Shown: positions 30,701-41,926 of the stretch, in pieces
How the letters are laid out: each line of letters begins with the position of its first letter
Position numbering within the stretch: the stretch's first letter is position 1
Assembly (NCBI GenBank): GCA_039815375.1
Contig: JBCBZJ010000002.1
Location: 32,001-96,000, forward strand
DNA from: Verrucomicrobiota bacterium
GTDB lineage: Bacteria > Verrucomicrobiota > Verrucomicrobiia > Opitutales > Coraliomargaritaceae
Direction of reading: 5' to 3'
Length of the DNA: 64,000 nucleotides
Made by a program: the position numbers and the translations under genes
The notes under the pieces: generated by a model
The model's input: only the letters and a program-made list of their open reading frames with translations
The model's database searches: none
Told to the model about the DNA's origin: nothing

Positions 30701-32464
30701 ATGAATTATCGAAAGTATAGTATGAATATCGCCGCCATTTCGGCGATTGCGTTTACCACTCAGTTCTCACCTGTTTCTGCAAGCGGCATGAGTACTTTTA
30801 CGATTGCATCAACAGCTAAGATGGAATCAGTGAAGCCAAACTTGGTTGAAGTTGCTGCTGAAGCAGGAAGTTTTCAAACTCTGCTGACTGCTGCAAAAGC
30901 CGCCGGGTTGGCAGACGTGTTGCAATCCAAAGGACCTTTTACCGTGCTTGCTCCAAGTGATGAGGCCTTTTCCAAATTGCTGCCGGAAGGTTCGGTTGAT
31001 CGGTTACTTCGGCCCGAGAATAAAGAAGAACTGGTTAACATTCTAAAGTATCATGTTTTGCCAGGCAGATTGAATGCTCAGGATGTTGCAAGTTTGCCTG
31101 CAGCTACGACGGTGAATGGTCAATCTGTATCTATCACTAAAAACGGCAGTAATTTGAGGTTCAATGCCGCACTGGTCAAAAAGGCAGATATTCACGCATC
31201 AAATGGTGTTATACATGTGATTGATCGAGTGCTAACTCCATCTTCCAAAACTATCGTGGATGTAGCAGAAAATGCTAATGAATTTGTATCCTTAATTGCT
31301 GCCCTGAAAGCGACCGGTCTGGATACTGCCCTGATGGGAGAGGGGCCGTTAACAGTTCTGGCACCGACGGACAGAGCCTTTTCGGCACTTCCTAAAGGAA
31401 CGGTCAGTTCCTTGCTCAAAGAAGAAAACCTTCCCAAGTTGAAGGAAATTCTTAAGTATCACGTAATTCCAGGTAGGATCTTGTCGTCCGAATTGTCAAA
31501 AAAGCCCTCTATCAAAACACTGAATGGGCAGACACTTCCAATTGTTGCTAGTGCCAGAGGTATCAGATTAGGTACTGCCCGAGTTATTAATGGTGATTTG
31601 AATACGTCTAACGGTATTGTCCATATTATTGATTCGGTTCTGATTCCATCAGTTGAAGATCATGCGCAGAGGGATGCTCATGTAGTTAAAACTCATTCGA
31701 CGGAGAAAATGTCTTTCCAGGCATCGACTGAAAGCATTATCCACAAGGCAATCGAAGTGGGAGCACCTCTTTATAATCAGCACAATGCTAAAGCATGTGC
31801 AGATGTATATTCTCTCGCCGCTGAGTCTCTTGTAAACATGAAGATACCTTCTCAATTCAAAGTCGAGTTGAGCCGAGCAATCCAAAAAGCCAACCGGCAA
31901 TCGAAAGCGTCCGACCGAGCATGGACGTATCGGCATGCATTTGATAAAGTCCTGCTTCTCTCGAAGGAAATGACATCTGCTACTTCTATGATTGAATCAC
32001 CATACAAAAGTGGGTTGCGGTATGCCTACTATGAGACACCTAAGTTTCAGCAGATACCCGATTTTTCGGCACTCAAACCTAAACGCACTGGATTTTCCAA
32101 TGTAATTGAGATCGATGAAGTATCACCTCGAAAGAATTACTTTGCCGTTCAATTCACGGGGAAGATATTCTTGGAGCAGGCGGGTGAATGGGAGTTTTTT
32201 CTGACCTCCGATGACGGCAGCAAGCTTACCATCAACGGCGAGACTTGGATTGACCTCGACGGTATTCATGCCCCGAAGACAGTGTCTCGGAAACTGAATC
32301 TGAAAGCAGGTTTTCAAGATATTCAAGTTGATTACTTTCAAGGGCCTGGCGGGAAAAAGCTCCAACTTGAATATGCTGGACCGGGAGTCGCTCGTAAGTC
32401 TGTTCCTGCAGCGCGCCTTTATCAGGGTGAAGGCATGAATGACATGGCAGTTGCTAGCAAATGA
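30701..32464 (+). CDS. Secreted protein with two fasciclin (FAS1) domains, a helical domain and a PA14 domain
   Basis: GPFTVLAPSDEAF / ILKYHV / ASNGVIHVID, present twice; PA14-like FFLTSDDGSKL, DLDGIH, YFQGPG. Confidence 0.9.
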   Translation: MNYRKYSMNIAAISAIAFTTQFSPVSASGMSTFTIASTAKMESVKPNLVEVAAEAGSFQTLLTAAKAAGLADVLQSKGPFTVLAPSDEAFSKLLPEGSVDRLLRPENKEELVNILKYHVLPGRLNAQDVASLPAATTVNGQSVSITKNGSNLRFNAALVKKADIHASNGVIHVIDRVLTPSSKTIVDVAENANEFVSLIAALKATGLDTALMGEGPLTVLAPTDRAFSALPKGTVSSLLKEENLPKLKEILKYHVIPGRILSSELSKKPSIKTLNGQTLPIVASARGIRLGTARVINGDLNTSNGIVHIIDSVLIPSVEDHAQRDAHVVKTHSTEKMSFQASTESIIHKAIEVGAPLYNQHNAKACADVYSLAAESLVNMKIPSQFKVELSRAIQKANRQSKASDRAWTYRHAFDKVLLLSKEMTSATSMIESPYKSGLRYAYYETPKFQQIPDFSALKPKRTGFSNVIEIDEVSPRKNYFAVQFTGKIFLEQAGEWEFFLTSDDGSKLTINGETWIDLDGIHAPKTVSRKLNLKAGFQDIQVDYFQGPGGKKLQLEYAGPGVARKSVPAARLYQGEGMNDMAVASK

Positions 32465-32527
32465 TTTTGATTTTTGGTTAATTGGTTGACTTGGGAGACG
32501 TATGCTTTCCACATCCTCTTGGATAAA

Positions 32528-33085
32528 ATGGAAAATAGCATCTTTCACAGGATTGCCAGTGGCGACAAAAATGCCATGCGAGATTGCGTTAAACTTTATG
32601 GCAATCTCGTATGGTCCATCGCCAGAAAACATTTTCAGGATGCAGCATTAGCAGAAGACATCGTGCAGGAGATTTTTACAGAGTTATGGAGAAAAGCCGG
32701 GAATTACCGGGCGGACAAAGCTACCGAAACTACCTTTGTGAGTCTTATTGCCCGCCGTCGATGCATCGACCAAATACGCAAAAACCAGCGACGTCCAAAA
32801 TTTCAGCCATTACCGGAAACTAATTTTAACGGAGAACCATCAGTGGAAGCACCATCAGTCAATCGGCTTGATCGTGAGAACCTGACTCATGCGTTGGGAA
32901 CCCTTTCCAATGATGTGAGAAATGTTCTAGAGCTATACTTTATCAAAGGTCACTCCCATGGGGATATCGCGAGGGATACAGGGTTACCTTTAGGCACCGT
33001 AAAAACAAGGATTCGTCGAGGTTTGATAGAACTTAGAAATTGTCTCCGAAAAATGGATACACCTCTTTTTCAAGCCAACACGTAA
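32528..33085 (+). CDS. ECF sigma-70 factor (SigK-like)
   Basis: AEDIVQEIF, IARRRCIDQIR, PLGTVKTRIRRG. Confidence 0.92.
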   Translation: MENSIFHRIASGDKNAMRDCVKLYGNLVWSIARKHFQDAALAEDIVQEIFTELWRKAGNYRADKATETTFVSLIARRRCIDQIRKNQRRPKFQPLPETNFNGEPSVEAPSVNRLDRENLTHALGTLSNDVRNVLELYFIKGHSHGDIARDTGLPLGTVKTRIRRGLIELRNCLRKMDTPLFQANT

Positions 33086-33091
33086 TGGAAT

Positions 33092-33901
33092 ATGTCTGAT
33101 TTCAAACATAGATATGAAGAGCTTAGAGCTGGTCAGGTTCTCAATGATCTTGATGATGCTGAGTTCGCGGATTTGGAACAACTATGTGGAGAGTTGGAGG
33201 ATTCATCGTCCTACGATCCCGAAATAGAGATGATCGCTGCGGCACTCGAGGGAGAATTGAGTGAAACTTATAATGAAACAGCTGTTCCGGATAAGTTGTC
33301 GCAGGCATTGATGGCCCAAGTTGAAACATTTACTAAAGGTGGTGAATCGCCGGTGGATTCGAATACAGAAGGTGAGAATGGTTCTGAGGAAGAGCGCAAG
33401 GATACTGTCTTGATGTTTATGGATGCTATGAGGCATCCGTTTGCAGGTTGGGGCGCAGCAGCAGCGATTCTCTTGTTGGCTTTCCTGCTGCCATCGACCA
33501 AAGAAGTTACTACTGCTAACTATCTGGCGGAGAGGTCAGTTTTGCTTGAGGACACTTCCAGTGTGGTTGCTGAGTTTCGAGGGCTGGATGGCTTTGAGGC
33601 TGCAAGAGGTTCCGTGGTTTGGAATAGAGGAGAGCAAAAAGGCTTTATGACTCTTGCTGGACTGCCATCAAATAATCCACTTGAGGCTCAATACCAGTTA
33701 TGGATTGTCGATCCTTCTCGGGATACCGAGCCAGTAGATGGTGGTGTTTTCGATATTCCAAAAGACGGCGGTGAAGCTGTGATTCCGATCGAAGCGAAAT
33801 TGCGAGTTGATCAACCTGTTTTGTTTCTTGTGACAAGAGAGAAACCGGGTGGAGTTGTTGTTTCGGATCAAGTTGTCAAGGTGGTACTTGCCGAAGTCTA
33901 G
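33092..33901 (+). CDS. Anti-sigma factor (RskA family)
   Basis: Single TM helix; QYQLWIV, PVDGGVF, VTREKPGG; directly after the sigma gene. Confidence 0.88.
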   Translation: MSDFKHRYEELRAGQVLNDLDDAEFADLEQLCGELEDSSSYDPEIEMIAAALEGELSETYNETAVPDKLSQALMAQVETFTKGGESPVDSNTEGENGSEEERKDTVLMFMDAMRHPFAGWGAAAAILLLAFLLPSTKEVTTANYLAERSVLLEDTSSVVAEFRGLDGFEAARGSVVWNRGEQKGFMTLAGLPSNNPLEAQYQLWIVDPSRDTEPVDGGVFDIPKDGGEAVIPIEAKLRVDQPVLFLVTREKPGGVVVSDQVVKVVLAEV

Positions 33902-33929
33902 GCATTGCGACTATTCTTACAGGCATTCC

Positions 33930-34160
33930 GTGTTCATTCTTACCCAACCCGTTTGTTTAGGACTCAATCCTGTCATCATATTTGCACGATTTGGGTTGTA
34001 TAAGGGCTGCTGACAGTAAGCATCGAAGTAATTCAATACCTTGCTTAAAAGTACGGGGTTTTTACCTCAGCATTGTCATAAGCTCGATATCCGTATTCGT
34101 GTCATTAACCGAAGCAAAGACTACATTGAGCGGTTTGTTTGCAGCAAAGATTTGTGTACC
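33930..34160 (-). pseudogene. Decayed sulfatase 5' fragment
   Basis: Manual translation with frameshifts: KPLNVVFASVND..., AYDNAEVKTP, FDAYCQQPLYNPNRANMMTGLSPKQTG (catalytic Cys position is now Tyr). Confidence 0.7.
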
Positions 34161-34272
34161 ATGATCGTAATCGTGGAGAGATGAATCTCTGCATTCAGGA
34201 ATCTAAAAGCCACAAGGCTCGTTTTAGTTTTCTCTAACCATCAGATGTTTTGAGAAAGCTTCTAATATGTAA

Positions 34273-35847
34273 TTACTTTTTAAGCTTCTTACCCTTTTTC
34301 TTCTGTTCAGGTTTTAGAACATGATTCGCCACAGCCCACGCTTGCCACGAAGCGGACATTTGAGCAAGACGCTCTGGGTGCTCGGATGCGATATCGATGG
34401 TTTCGAAGGGGTCCTTGTTTAAGTCGTATAGAGTCCAGGTGCTATTGCCTACCCTGACAGCCTTCCAATTTTCAGATATGATTGAGCGCGACCGCCCGTG
34501 TTGAAAGAAGAATGCTCGTGAGGGCAGATCAGCACCCGCCATCGCCGGCACCAGACTAACACCGTCGGGCCCTGGAATCGCTTCCCCATTGAAGGCATCA
34601 GGATAATCGACCTTCGCCCAATCAAGACAGGTCGGTAAGATGTCAGTGATGTGGCTTGGCACCTGGCATAGTTGGCCGCGTTGTTTCGGAGACAGGCCTG
34701 GCGCGCGTACGATCAAGGGAGATCGGATCCCTCCATAGTAGGTGTCCGCCTTGTAGCTGCGAAAGGGAGTGTTACTCAATTCACCGCCCAACATGCCAAG
34801 CCGCTTGTCATCGCCTTGAGTAGGAGCCGAACCATTATCACTGAGAAAGAGGAAAACCGTGTTGTCATACATTCCACGCTGTTTGAGTGCTGTCACGAGG
34901 GCACCGATTCCATCATCGGCTATCTCAACCATCGCCGCATAGGTCGCCTTGTTGATAATCCAGTTTTCCTGCTGTTCGCTACTCAGGGAATCCCATGATG
35001 GACGACCGCCTTTGTATTGTTGGGCATGAGTCGGTAGGGACAGGTCTTGTTGGAAGAAACCGAGCTGCTGCAAACGTGCAAATCGCGCTTCACGCAAGGC
35101 ATCGTAACCTGGTTCATAAAGTTTCCGGCATGCCTCGATGCGATCCTCCGGAGCCTGCAACGGAGTGTGAGGTGCGTAATGGGCCAGATACAAGAACATC
35201 GGTTTCTTCGGATCGTGTTCCTCGATGTAATCAACAGACTGGTCACTGAGGGCTGTGGTAAAGTAGTAATCCGCATCTTTTTCAGTAATGCGTTCGCCAC
35301 TGCGAATCATGTATTTTGGTTTCCAATAGTTCTTCGGTCCGGTCAGGCTCCCGTAAGACTGGTCAAAGCCTCGATTTACGGGCCAGCTCCCGTTTGGCCC
35401 TGCTTCTAGGTCCTTCAAGTTGCTATCTAGAGTGACGTGCCACTTTCCAGCTAAATAAGTACCGTAGTCTGCTTGTTTAAGCAGTTCGGCGATTGTGGGT
35501 ATGGAGTCGGTCAATTGCCCACGATATCCAGGTAACTGCTCGTCACTATATGTCATAAATCCGAGGCCCACTGCATGTTGGTGTCTACCTGACAACAAGG
35601 CCGCTCGGCTCGGACAACAACGTCCTGCATTTTTAAATTGAGTGAAGCGTAGACCTTCCGCGGCCAGCGCATCTATATGAGGCGTCCTGATTTCTCCGCC
35701 GTAGCACCCTAGGTCTGAAAAGCCCATGTCATCAAACAGAACTAATACGATATGGGGCGCATCCTTCGACGGTTTTTCTGCTACTACTACCGTAGTCGTA
35801 ATCTGAAACGCCATTACGGCGACAGTCCAAAAGATCGTTTTATACAT
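34273..35847 (-). CDS. Arylsulfatase
   Basis: LFDDMGFSDLG, CCPSR, GKWH, APHTPLQ, LSDNG. Confidence 0.93.
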   Translation of the reverse strand: MYKTIFWTVAVMAFQITTTVVVAEKPSKDAPHIVLVLFDDMGFSDLGCYGGEIRTPHIDALAAEGLRFTQFKNAGRCCPSRAALLSGRHQHAVGLGFMTYSDEQLPGYRGQLTDSIPTIAELLKQADYGTYLAGKWHVTLDSNLKDLEAGPNGSWPVNRGFDQSYGSLTGPKNYWKPKYMIRSGERITEKDADYYFTTALSDQSVDYIEEHDPKKPMFLYLAHYAPHTPLQAPEDRIEACRKLYEPGYDALREARFARLQQLGFFQQDLSLPTHAQQYKGGRPSWDSLSSEQQENWIINKATYAAMVEIADDGIGALVTALKQRGMYDNTVFLFLSDNGSAPTQGDDKRLGMLGGELSNTPFRSYKADTYYGGIRSPLIVRAPGLSPKQRGQLCQVPSHITDILPTCLDWAKVDYPDAFNGEAIPGPDGVSLVPAMAGADLPSRAFFFQHGRSRSIISENWKAVRVGNSTWTLYDLNKDPFETIDIASEHPERLAQMSASWQAWAVANHVLKPEQKKKGKKLKK

Positions 35848-36372
35848 TTTAGTAATATCCTTTATCTCTTTCTCGGCCCTTTAAAATACTGATGGGTAAC
35901 TCAACGCACCACTTCTCTACAAGTTTCGACTGCTTGCCGAATACAATAAGCTAAGGATTCTATAAATTTGCACATGATTTGTATTTATAGACTCGATATG
36001 GCTATAAGAGACATGTCCATACAACATTGGTGTCATTGACTATCTGCAATATTCAAACAACGCAATTTCTTCAGATTCGGTATGAGTTCTCTTCCTCGTG
36101 AGATGATTCGGAACAACCGCACTGCATTTGAATGGGTAGCCTGCTTGTTTCTTAAGTATTTTTGCGCCAATGAATTATAGAGACAGCACTCGTGCATTCC
36201 GTTAAAGGACGACGCATCCAGGATCATGCCCTGGCAGCGTAAAGGTCTCTTTGCTCAAGGCTTTTTCTACATACGAGTCGGAGCGTTGTTTCAGGAAACT
36301 ATACAGCTTTGGTATTTTTTAGTTGGCGGAAATTGCCCTTGGCCTTTGTCTGATATGCTTTAAACCCAAGTT

Positions 36373-37164
36373 ATGAAGATATACCTCATTCTATTCTTTG
36401 CTGTTTCTGGCCTTTTTTCTACCTCGCTTCACACTTTCGCCGAAGAGGCCAAGCCGCTTAACATTTTGCTCATCAATGGCGGCTGTTGCCATGACTACGA
36501 TGCTCAAGGCCCTGTCATCAAGGCCATCGTTGAAACCAGTCTCAACGCCAAAGTGACAATTGCATCGAGCACCAACAAGACGGATGCTAGATTTAAACCC
36601 TTTGAGCAGGACAATTGGTCTGATGGCTACGATTTAGTCATCCACAACGAATGTTCGGCCAAAGTTAATGACAAAGAGTATGTTAATCGTATTCTCAAGG
36701 CCCATCTTGATGGTTTGCCCTCTCTCAATATTCACTGTGCGATGCATAGTTACCGCTGGGGTAGCTTCAAGAAGCCGGTCAAAATAGGCGACGACAACGC
36801 TGCTTGGTTCGAAATGATTGGACTTCAATCTTCCGGCCATGGTCCTAGGTTTCCGATCAATGTGAAGTATCTTAAAGATACTCATCCAATCACCGAGGGG
36901 CTAGAGGATTGGGTTACCCCTAGGGGAGAACTCTACAACAATGTCCAAATCTTTGATAGTGCGACGCCGCTGGCCATGGGCAGTCAGACCCTCAAGGACG
37001 GGGAAATGGCCGAAGCGGTTGTTGCCTGGACCAATCTTTACGGTCCCAACAAAACTAAAATCTTCTCTATTTCCATCGGCCACTCCAGCGAAGAAATGCT
37101 GGACGAAAGCTTCGGACTGCTGCTCAGTCGGGGAATTCTTTGGTGCGTCGGCGAGCTCGATTAA
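36373..37164 (+). CDS. ThuA-like domain protein
   Basis: GGCCHDY, IHCAMHS, HPITEGL, GELY, SIGH. Confidence 0.85.
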   Translation: MKIYLILFFAVSGLFSTSLHTFAEEAKPLNILLINGGCCHDYDAQGPVIKAIVETSLNAKVTIASSTNKTDARFKPFEQDNWSDGYDLVIHNECSAKVNDKEYVNRILKAHLDGLPSLNIHCAMHSYRWGSFKKPVKIGDDNAAWFEMIGLQSSGHGPRFPINVKYLKDTHPITEGLEDWVTPRGELYNNVQIFDSATPLAMGSQTLKDGEMAEAVVAWTNLYGPNKTKIFSISIGHSSEEMLDESFGLLLSRGILWCVGELD

Positions 37165-37471
37165 GACGGTATGCCCACCTAGGGTTATTCACTTACGAGG
37201 CTCAAACGATCAAAGTAGTTGTAAAAGATTCCTTAGTCTTGAGCTTTTTGAGTGTTATTGGCCTCTAATAGGGGCCTCTATTAAGCTTAAGAGTCTCGAT
37301 CTTGATTACTCCGAACTCCAGAAGCACCTAAAGGGCCTTAGCTCGTTAGAGAGCCAAGGACACCGCTTTTTTATCCAGTTGCCAGTTTAGGATAAAAAGA
37401 TGATATGCTTGAAGTGTTGTTTATCACCACTGACAGCCCCACGCATTTCATTTTATAGCCCATTTATATGT

Positions 37472-38845
37472 ATGTCGTCGTTTCTTGTTACTATCCTAGC
37501 AGTGAGATTTCAGCGATTCTTTACCATTCTCGTTGGTGTATTCCTTGCTTTTGCAGGTATTAGTTCTGTTGCCTTGGCGGAGAAGCCCCTAATCCGTGAT
37601 TTCATAGGCTTGAATGGGCACTTTCATTTCAAGCCGGAATTGTATGCGCCCACCTGTCGTCTGGTCAGGAACTATCACAACATTAATTGGGATGTCGCTA
37701 CCCCGGGCGATCCGATTAATTTTCCTGTCTGTGTCAACAAGGTCAACTGGAACACGGTCTATGGCGCATGGGCCAGGAAGGGCTTTGATACCAATGTTTG
37801 CCTGATGTTCGGTAGCTTTGGTCCACCGCATAGGAAAGACTATCAGAAGCTTTGGAGAGATAATCTGAATTGGGCTGAGGACTACGGTTATGAGGTGGCT
37901 CGCGGATTAAGTAATGGGAGCTTAGCCACCTCGATCGAGATAGGGAATGAACCGGGAGTTGAGTTCGATGATTTACTTTTCCAGGATGTATTTACGCGCA
38001 TTGCGAAGGGGGTGAGGCGTGCCGATCCTGAGATGAAGATCATCACCTGCACGGCGCATTTAGCTCAGGCTGACAAATACCATAAAGATTTGCGCGAGAC
38101 CTTTGCCTCACCCGGTATACAAGAGCTCTTTGATGTGATCAGTGTGCACGTCTACTCGGAGAAGTTGGAGAAGGACCAGGCACATCCCTGGGAGCGCAGC
38201 TATCCGGAAGATCCGGAAATTGACTACCTTACTAGAGTAAAGGATGTCATCGCCTGGCGTGACGCGCATGTGCCTGAAAAAGAAATCTGGATTACCGAAT
38301 TCGGCTATGATGCCTGCACGGATAGAGCGATGGAGAGGCGTGAAGGGTGGTTCGAGAAACTTGGTTGGATGGGGCAAACCGAACTTCAACAGGCCCAGTG
38401 GCTGGTTCGCTCCTTACTCTGCTTTTCGGCGCTCGAAGTTGATCGGTCCTATATCTATTTCTACGATGATAAGGACAAGGCTTCGGTCCACGCGGCCTCG
38501 GGTTTGACTCGCAACTTCGAACCAAAGCCCGCGTATTGGGCAGTAAAACAGTTTTATGAATTACTTGGCGAGTATCGCTTGAATCGTGTCATCCGTGAGG
38601 AAGTGGGCGAGCTATACGTCTACGAGTATATTAACGATGTGTCTGGCTTGCTCTGGGTGCTCTGGTCGCCGACAGGGCATGAACGCAGTTACAACCTAAC
38701 CCTCAGGCAGTTTCCCTCTCGAAAGTTCAAGCTTTACGGTATGGCCACCACCGATGGACCCGCTCCTTCGGTTATCCATGAGCGAGTGGGGCAGAGCCTT
38801 AGTCTGGAAGTTGGCGAAAGCCCGGTGTACGTGCGTTTCGACTAG
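37472..38845 (+). CDS. Putative exported clan-A glycoside hydrolase (GH39/GH5-like)
   Basis: IEIGNEPG (acid/base), ISVHVY, IWITEFGY (nucleophile). Confidence 0.7.
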   Translation: MSSFLVTILAVRFQRFFTILVGVFLAFAGISSVALAEKPLIRDFIGLNGHFHFKPELYAPTCRLVRNYHNINWDVATPGDPINFPVCVNKVNWNTVYGAWARKGFDTNVCLMFGSFGPPHRKDYQKLWRDNLNWAEDYGYEVARGLSNGSLATSIEIGNEPGVEFDDLLFQDVFTRIAKGVRRADPEMKIITCTAHLAQADKYHKDLRETFASPGIQELFDVISVHVYSEKLEKDQAHPWERSYPEDPEIDYLTRVKDVIAWRDAHVPEKEIWITEFGYDACTDRAMERREGWFEKLGWMGQTELQQAQWLVRSLLCFSALEVDRSYIYFYDDKDKASVHAASGLTRNFEPKPAYWAVKQFYELLGEYRLNRVIREEVGELYVYEYINDVSGLLWVLWSPTGHERSYNLTLRQFPSRKFKLYGMATTDGPAPSVIHERVGQSLSLEVGESPVYVRFD

Positions 38846-39457
38846 ATCGCATGGGGTAGATGAGTGTTTGAGTATTTGCCTGTGAGCTATTTTCCAATCC
38901 GGCTAGTTACTGTCATTTCCCTCAAGGTTTTTGTTTAAGTAGGGATGAAAGACGGAAAAAGTGTTTTGCTGGCTCAAATGATTCATTCAGGTTCAGGTGA
39001 GCAAATTTTTGTTATTCTCGAGGATGCGGCTGATGTTCTTTTTGATGGCATAAAGTCGTAGCCCTTTCGGAAGGGGATATCTTTTGCGTGCTATCGTTAA
39101 TCGATAAGCAACCTGTCGGATACGGATATTGTTGTGGCCGCTTCAGAAAGGCATGTGATGGTCGATTTGCTTCGCTTCATCTTTGGCGCACAGCCGGACC
39201 CCTATGCTGTATTCAATATTCTCAAGTGACTAACGGCAAGAATCAGGTTGTGAACCGATTACTTGCATCGGATCGAAAATAGGATAATTAAAAAGCAAAG
39301 CGGGTAAAAACGTCAGAAACATACTTCGTTTCTTTTTTTGGATGGTAGTCGGAGATAGCAGGCAACTTATAGAGAGCGATCTCACCAAATGATTGAATAG
39401 TTGGATATAATTTTCTCAAACTAACACTTTGAATGCCTTTCTAATCTGCGCAGATCA

Positions 39458-40330
39458 ATGGCATCGGTATCATTTTCATATTTTTTGGGTTGTCCCGCTT
39501 GGAGCACTCCCGAGTGGCGTGGTACCTTTTTGCCAAATGGCACACCACAAGCTGCCTTCCTGCGCGAGTATTCAAAAGTCTTCAACGCTGTGGAAGGAAA
39601 CTCCTTTTTCTATGCACTACCAAAGCTGGATATTATCGAGCGTTGGGCTTCAGAAAGTGCAAAAGGTTTTGAGTTTTGTATGAAGGTGCCTCGGGATATA
39701 TCTCATGCGTCACGGCTGGGTGGTAATATAGGCATTTATGAGCAATTGATTACCCGACTGCGTATATTGAAGGAAGCGAATCGGCTTGGGCCGACATTCT
39801 TACAGCTTCATCATAGTTTTGGGCCAATTCGACTAGGGGAGCTTGATCGCTTTATCGAAGCATGGCCAAACGATTTACCTCTTGCGGTTGAGGTAAGGCA
39901 CAAGTCCTTTTTTGAATCAGGTTCGGCCGAATCGGAACTCAAACACTTATTGGAAGGGCATCACGTGGATCGTGTTGTTTTTGATAGTCGTGCCCTTTTT
40001 CAGAAACCACCGAGTGATCCATTCGAGGAGAAATCGCAGAGCCGTAAACCAAATTTGCCTGTGCGTTGGCAGGCAACCGGGCAACGGCCCTTTGTCCGCT
40101 TTGTTGGGCGGAACGATCCAGAGCAAGTCGACCCTTGGCAGACTGAATTGGCGAAGGTTGTTGCAGATTGGATTCTAAGCGGGAAAAAGCCCTATGTCTT
40201 TATGCACGCACCAGACGATACCTTCGCGCCATCTCTGTGTGCTAGATTCCACGACAGAGTCCGCGAGTATCTACCTAAACTCCCGAAAATTACCATGCCT
40301 TACTTAGAGACACAGTTAGATCTGTTTTAA
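39458..40330 (+). CDS. DUF72 family protein
   Basis: GCPAWS, FNAVEGNSFFYALP, KVPRDISH, AVEVRH, YVFMHAPD. Confidence 0.9.
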   Translation: MASVSFSYFLGCPAWSTPEWRGTFLPNGTPQAAFLREYSKVFNAVEGNSFFYALPKLDIIERWASESAKGFEFCMKVPRDISHASRLGGNIGIYEQLITRLRILKEANRLGPTFLQLHHSFGPIRLGELDRFIEAWPNDLPLAVEVRHKSFFESGSAESELKHLLEGHHVDRVVFDSRALFQKPPSDPFEEKSQSRKPNLPVRWQATGQRPFVRFVGRNDPEQVDPWQTELAKVVADWILSGKKPYVFMHAPDDTFAPSLCARFHDRVREYLPKLPKITMPYLETQLDLF

Positions 40331-40597
40331 TCCGGATTATGTGATAGGACGAGTAAGCTGCTGAGCTTCCTATTTGGTGTATTTGCTGCCAAAGTTATGC
40401 TTCCGCTCTTTAAAACTGCCACTCTTGGTTTGGTGTCTTGTGAACGAGGGAACAAAAGATGACCGGAAAAGAAGTTGCTAGGAGTGATAAACTAGAGGCC
40501 TAGTCATGTCATCTTTTTTGATTAGATAAAAAGGCTGGTCTTCGCAATCTTGCTAGCACCGGCCTTAGGACTGGAAAAAAACGAGAATGTGTTTCGA

Positions 40598-40877
40598 CTA
40601 GAGTCTACCGCGTGTCGAGAAGCGTGCATTGATCGGAGCGCCAACGGTCGCCTTGTGAGCTCGGATAGTATTCCTCGTCGAAGATGTTCTCTACGTTCAC
40701 TTGAAAGCGCAGGTTCTCGTGTATGTTGAAATAGGCTGCGGCATCGAAACGAACGAAGCCTGGTAGCCTTGTGTCTTCGTTGTTTGTGATAAAGCTTTCA
40801 TCTTGTTAGATCGCTCCAAGACCAAGTCCGATTTGTGCGCTGACCTTGTATAGATTCCAGACCGAGAAGGTGTGCTC
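40598..40877 (-). pseudogene. TonB-dependent receptor C-terminal remnant
   Basis: Manual translation EHTFSVWNLY...GLGAI*QDESF...LPGFVRFDAAAYF...QVNVENIFDEEYYPS, then a frameshift to TVGAPINARFS. Confidence 0.75.
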
Positions 40878-41031
40878 TAAAAACCCCTTTCGTGCCATCC
40901 TAATCTACTTCACTTCCAATTCGTCAATTTATACTTAGAATATAGTATATTAAATAAACGTTATTTTTTTAATTGTATTAATTTTTTTAGTTATATTAAA
41001 TAAACGTTAGATAAGATTTACCCTTATACTA

Positions 41032-41829
41032 ATGGCCCGATATCTAGCTATTGCCGCTTTTGCGTTGTCTGCTTGCCCGTTTGCATGTGCAATTGTAATT
41101 GATTTGGATTTTTCTGGAGGTTCCGTGAATTACTCTAATCCGAACCAGACCTTGGTAATCATTTACTCAGATATTGCTAACGGGGTTGGGGCCCCAAATC
41201 TTGACCTTAGGCTAGAAGCGCTGACGACTTATATTCCTAACAGTGCTGCCGCAGCAAATAATCAGAACGGATCCGTCTCAAACAGCGATGATTTGAAGCT
41301 TCATCTTGATTCCGGTCAGTCCACCCGTTTCCGGTTTTCGATCTTCAACGGGGGCACTGAAACTCTTTACGACCCCGGCGTAGATTACTCCTACGATTTT
41401 GTCATGTACGACATTGATGGCAATACCAGCAATCCTCGTGGAGCGGACAGTGTAACCTTTTATACGCCTTTAACTTATACAGTCACCGACACTACATCTA
41501 TTGATGTTATGCAGTCTGGTAATGCGATTACCTTTACTGGAACTGCCGGGTCAGTTGCTGGAAATGAGGGGCTCTCCAGCTTTGCGAATCAGGATCAGGA
41601 AGACGCCTCCGTCAGTATTGTTATCTCAAATACGAGTCAGTTTGAATTTGATTTTGCGACACCTCAAGATGTCCCTGCGGATGAGGGTGGACGTAACCTC
41701 CTGATTGATCCGGGAAGCTTGGCGGTTGATGGTGATCCAGTGGTTTTTGTCCCTGAAATGAGTTTTACCTCTGCTATATTGGGAATTTTCGCTGCCTTTG
41801 TGGCCAGCCGTAGGCGTGCAATCGGCTGA
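41032..41829 (+). CDS. PEP-CTERM sorting domain protein
   Basis: Signal peptide; C-terminal VPEMS + TM + SRRR. Confidence 0.85.
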   Translation: MARYLAIAAFALSACPFACAIVIDLDFSGGSVNYSNPNQTLVIIYSDIANGVGAPNLDLRLEALTTYIPNSAAAANNQNGSVSNSDDLKLHLDSGQSTRFRFSIFNGGTETLYDPGVDYSYDFVMYDIDGNTSNPRGADSVTFYTPLTYTVTDTTSIDVMQSGNAITFTGTAGSVAGNEGLSSFANQDQEDASVSIVISNTSQFEFDFATPQDVPADEGGRNLLIDPGSLAVDGDPVVFVPEMSFTSAILGIFAAFVASRRRAIG

Positions 41830-41926
41830 GTCAAAATAAAGATGATATAGGTATTGGCCTAGGGGTTGTTTGGCTCCTGCGCAAACCTCGGCGGAAATGC
41901 TAATGTCAAGTCCTCTTTTTTATTCC

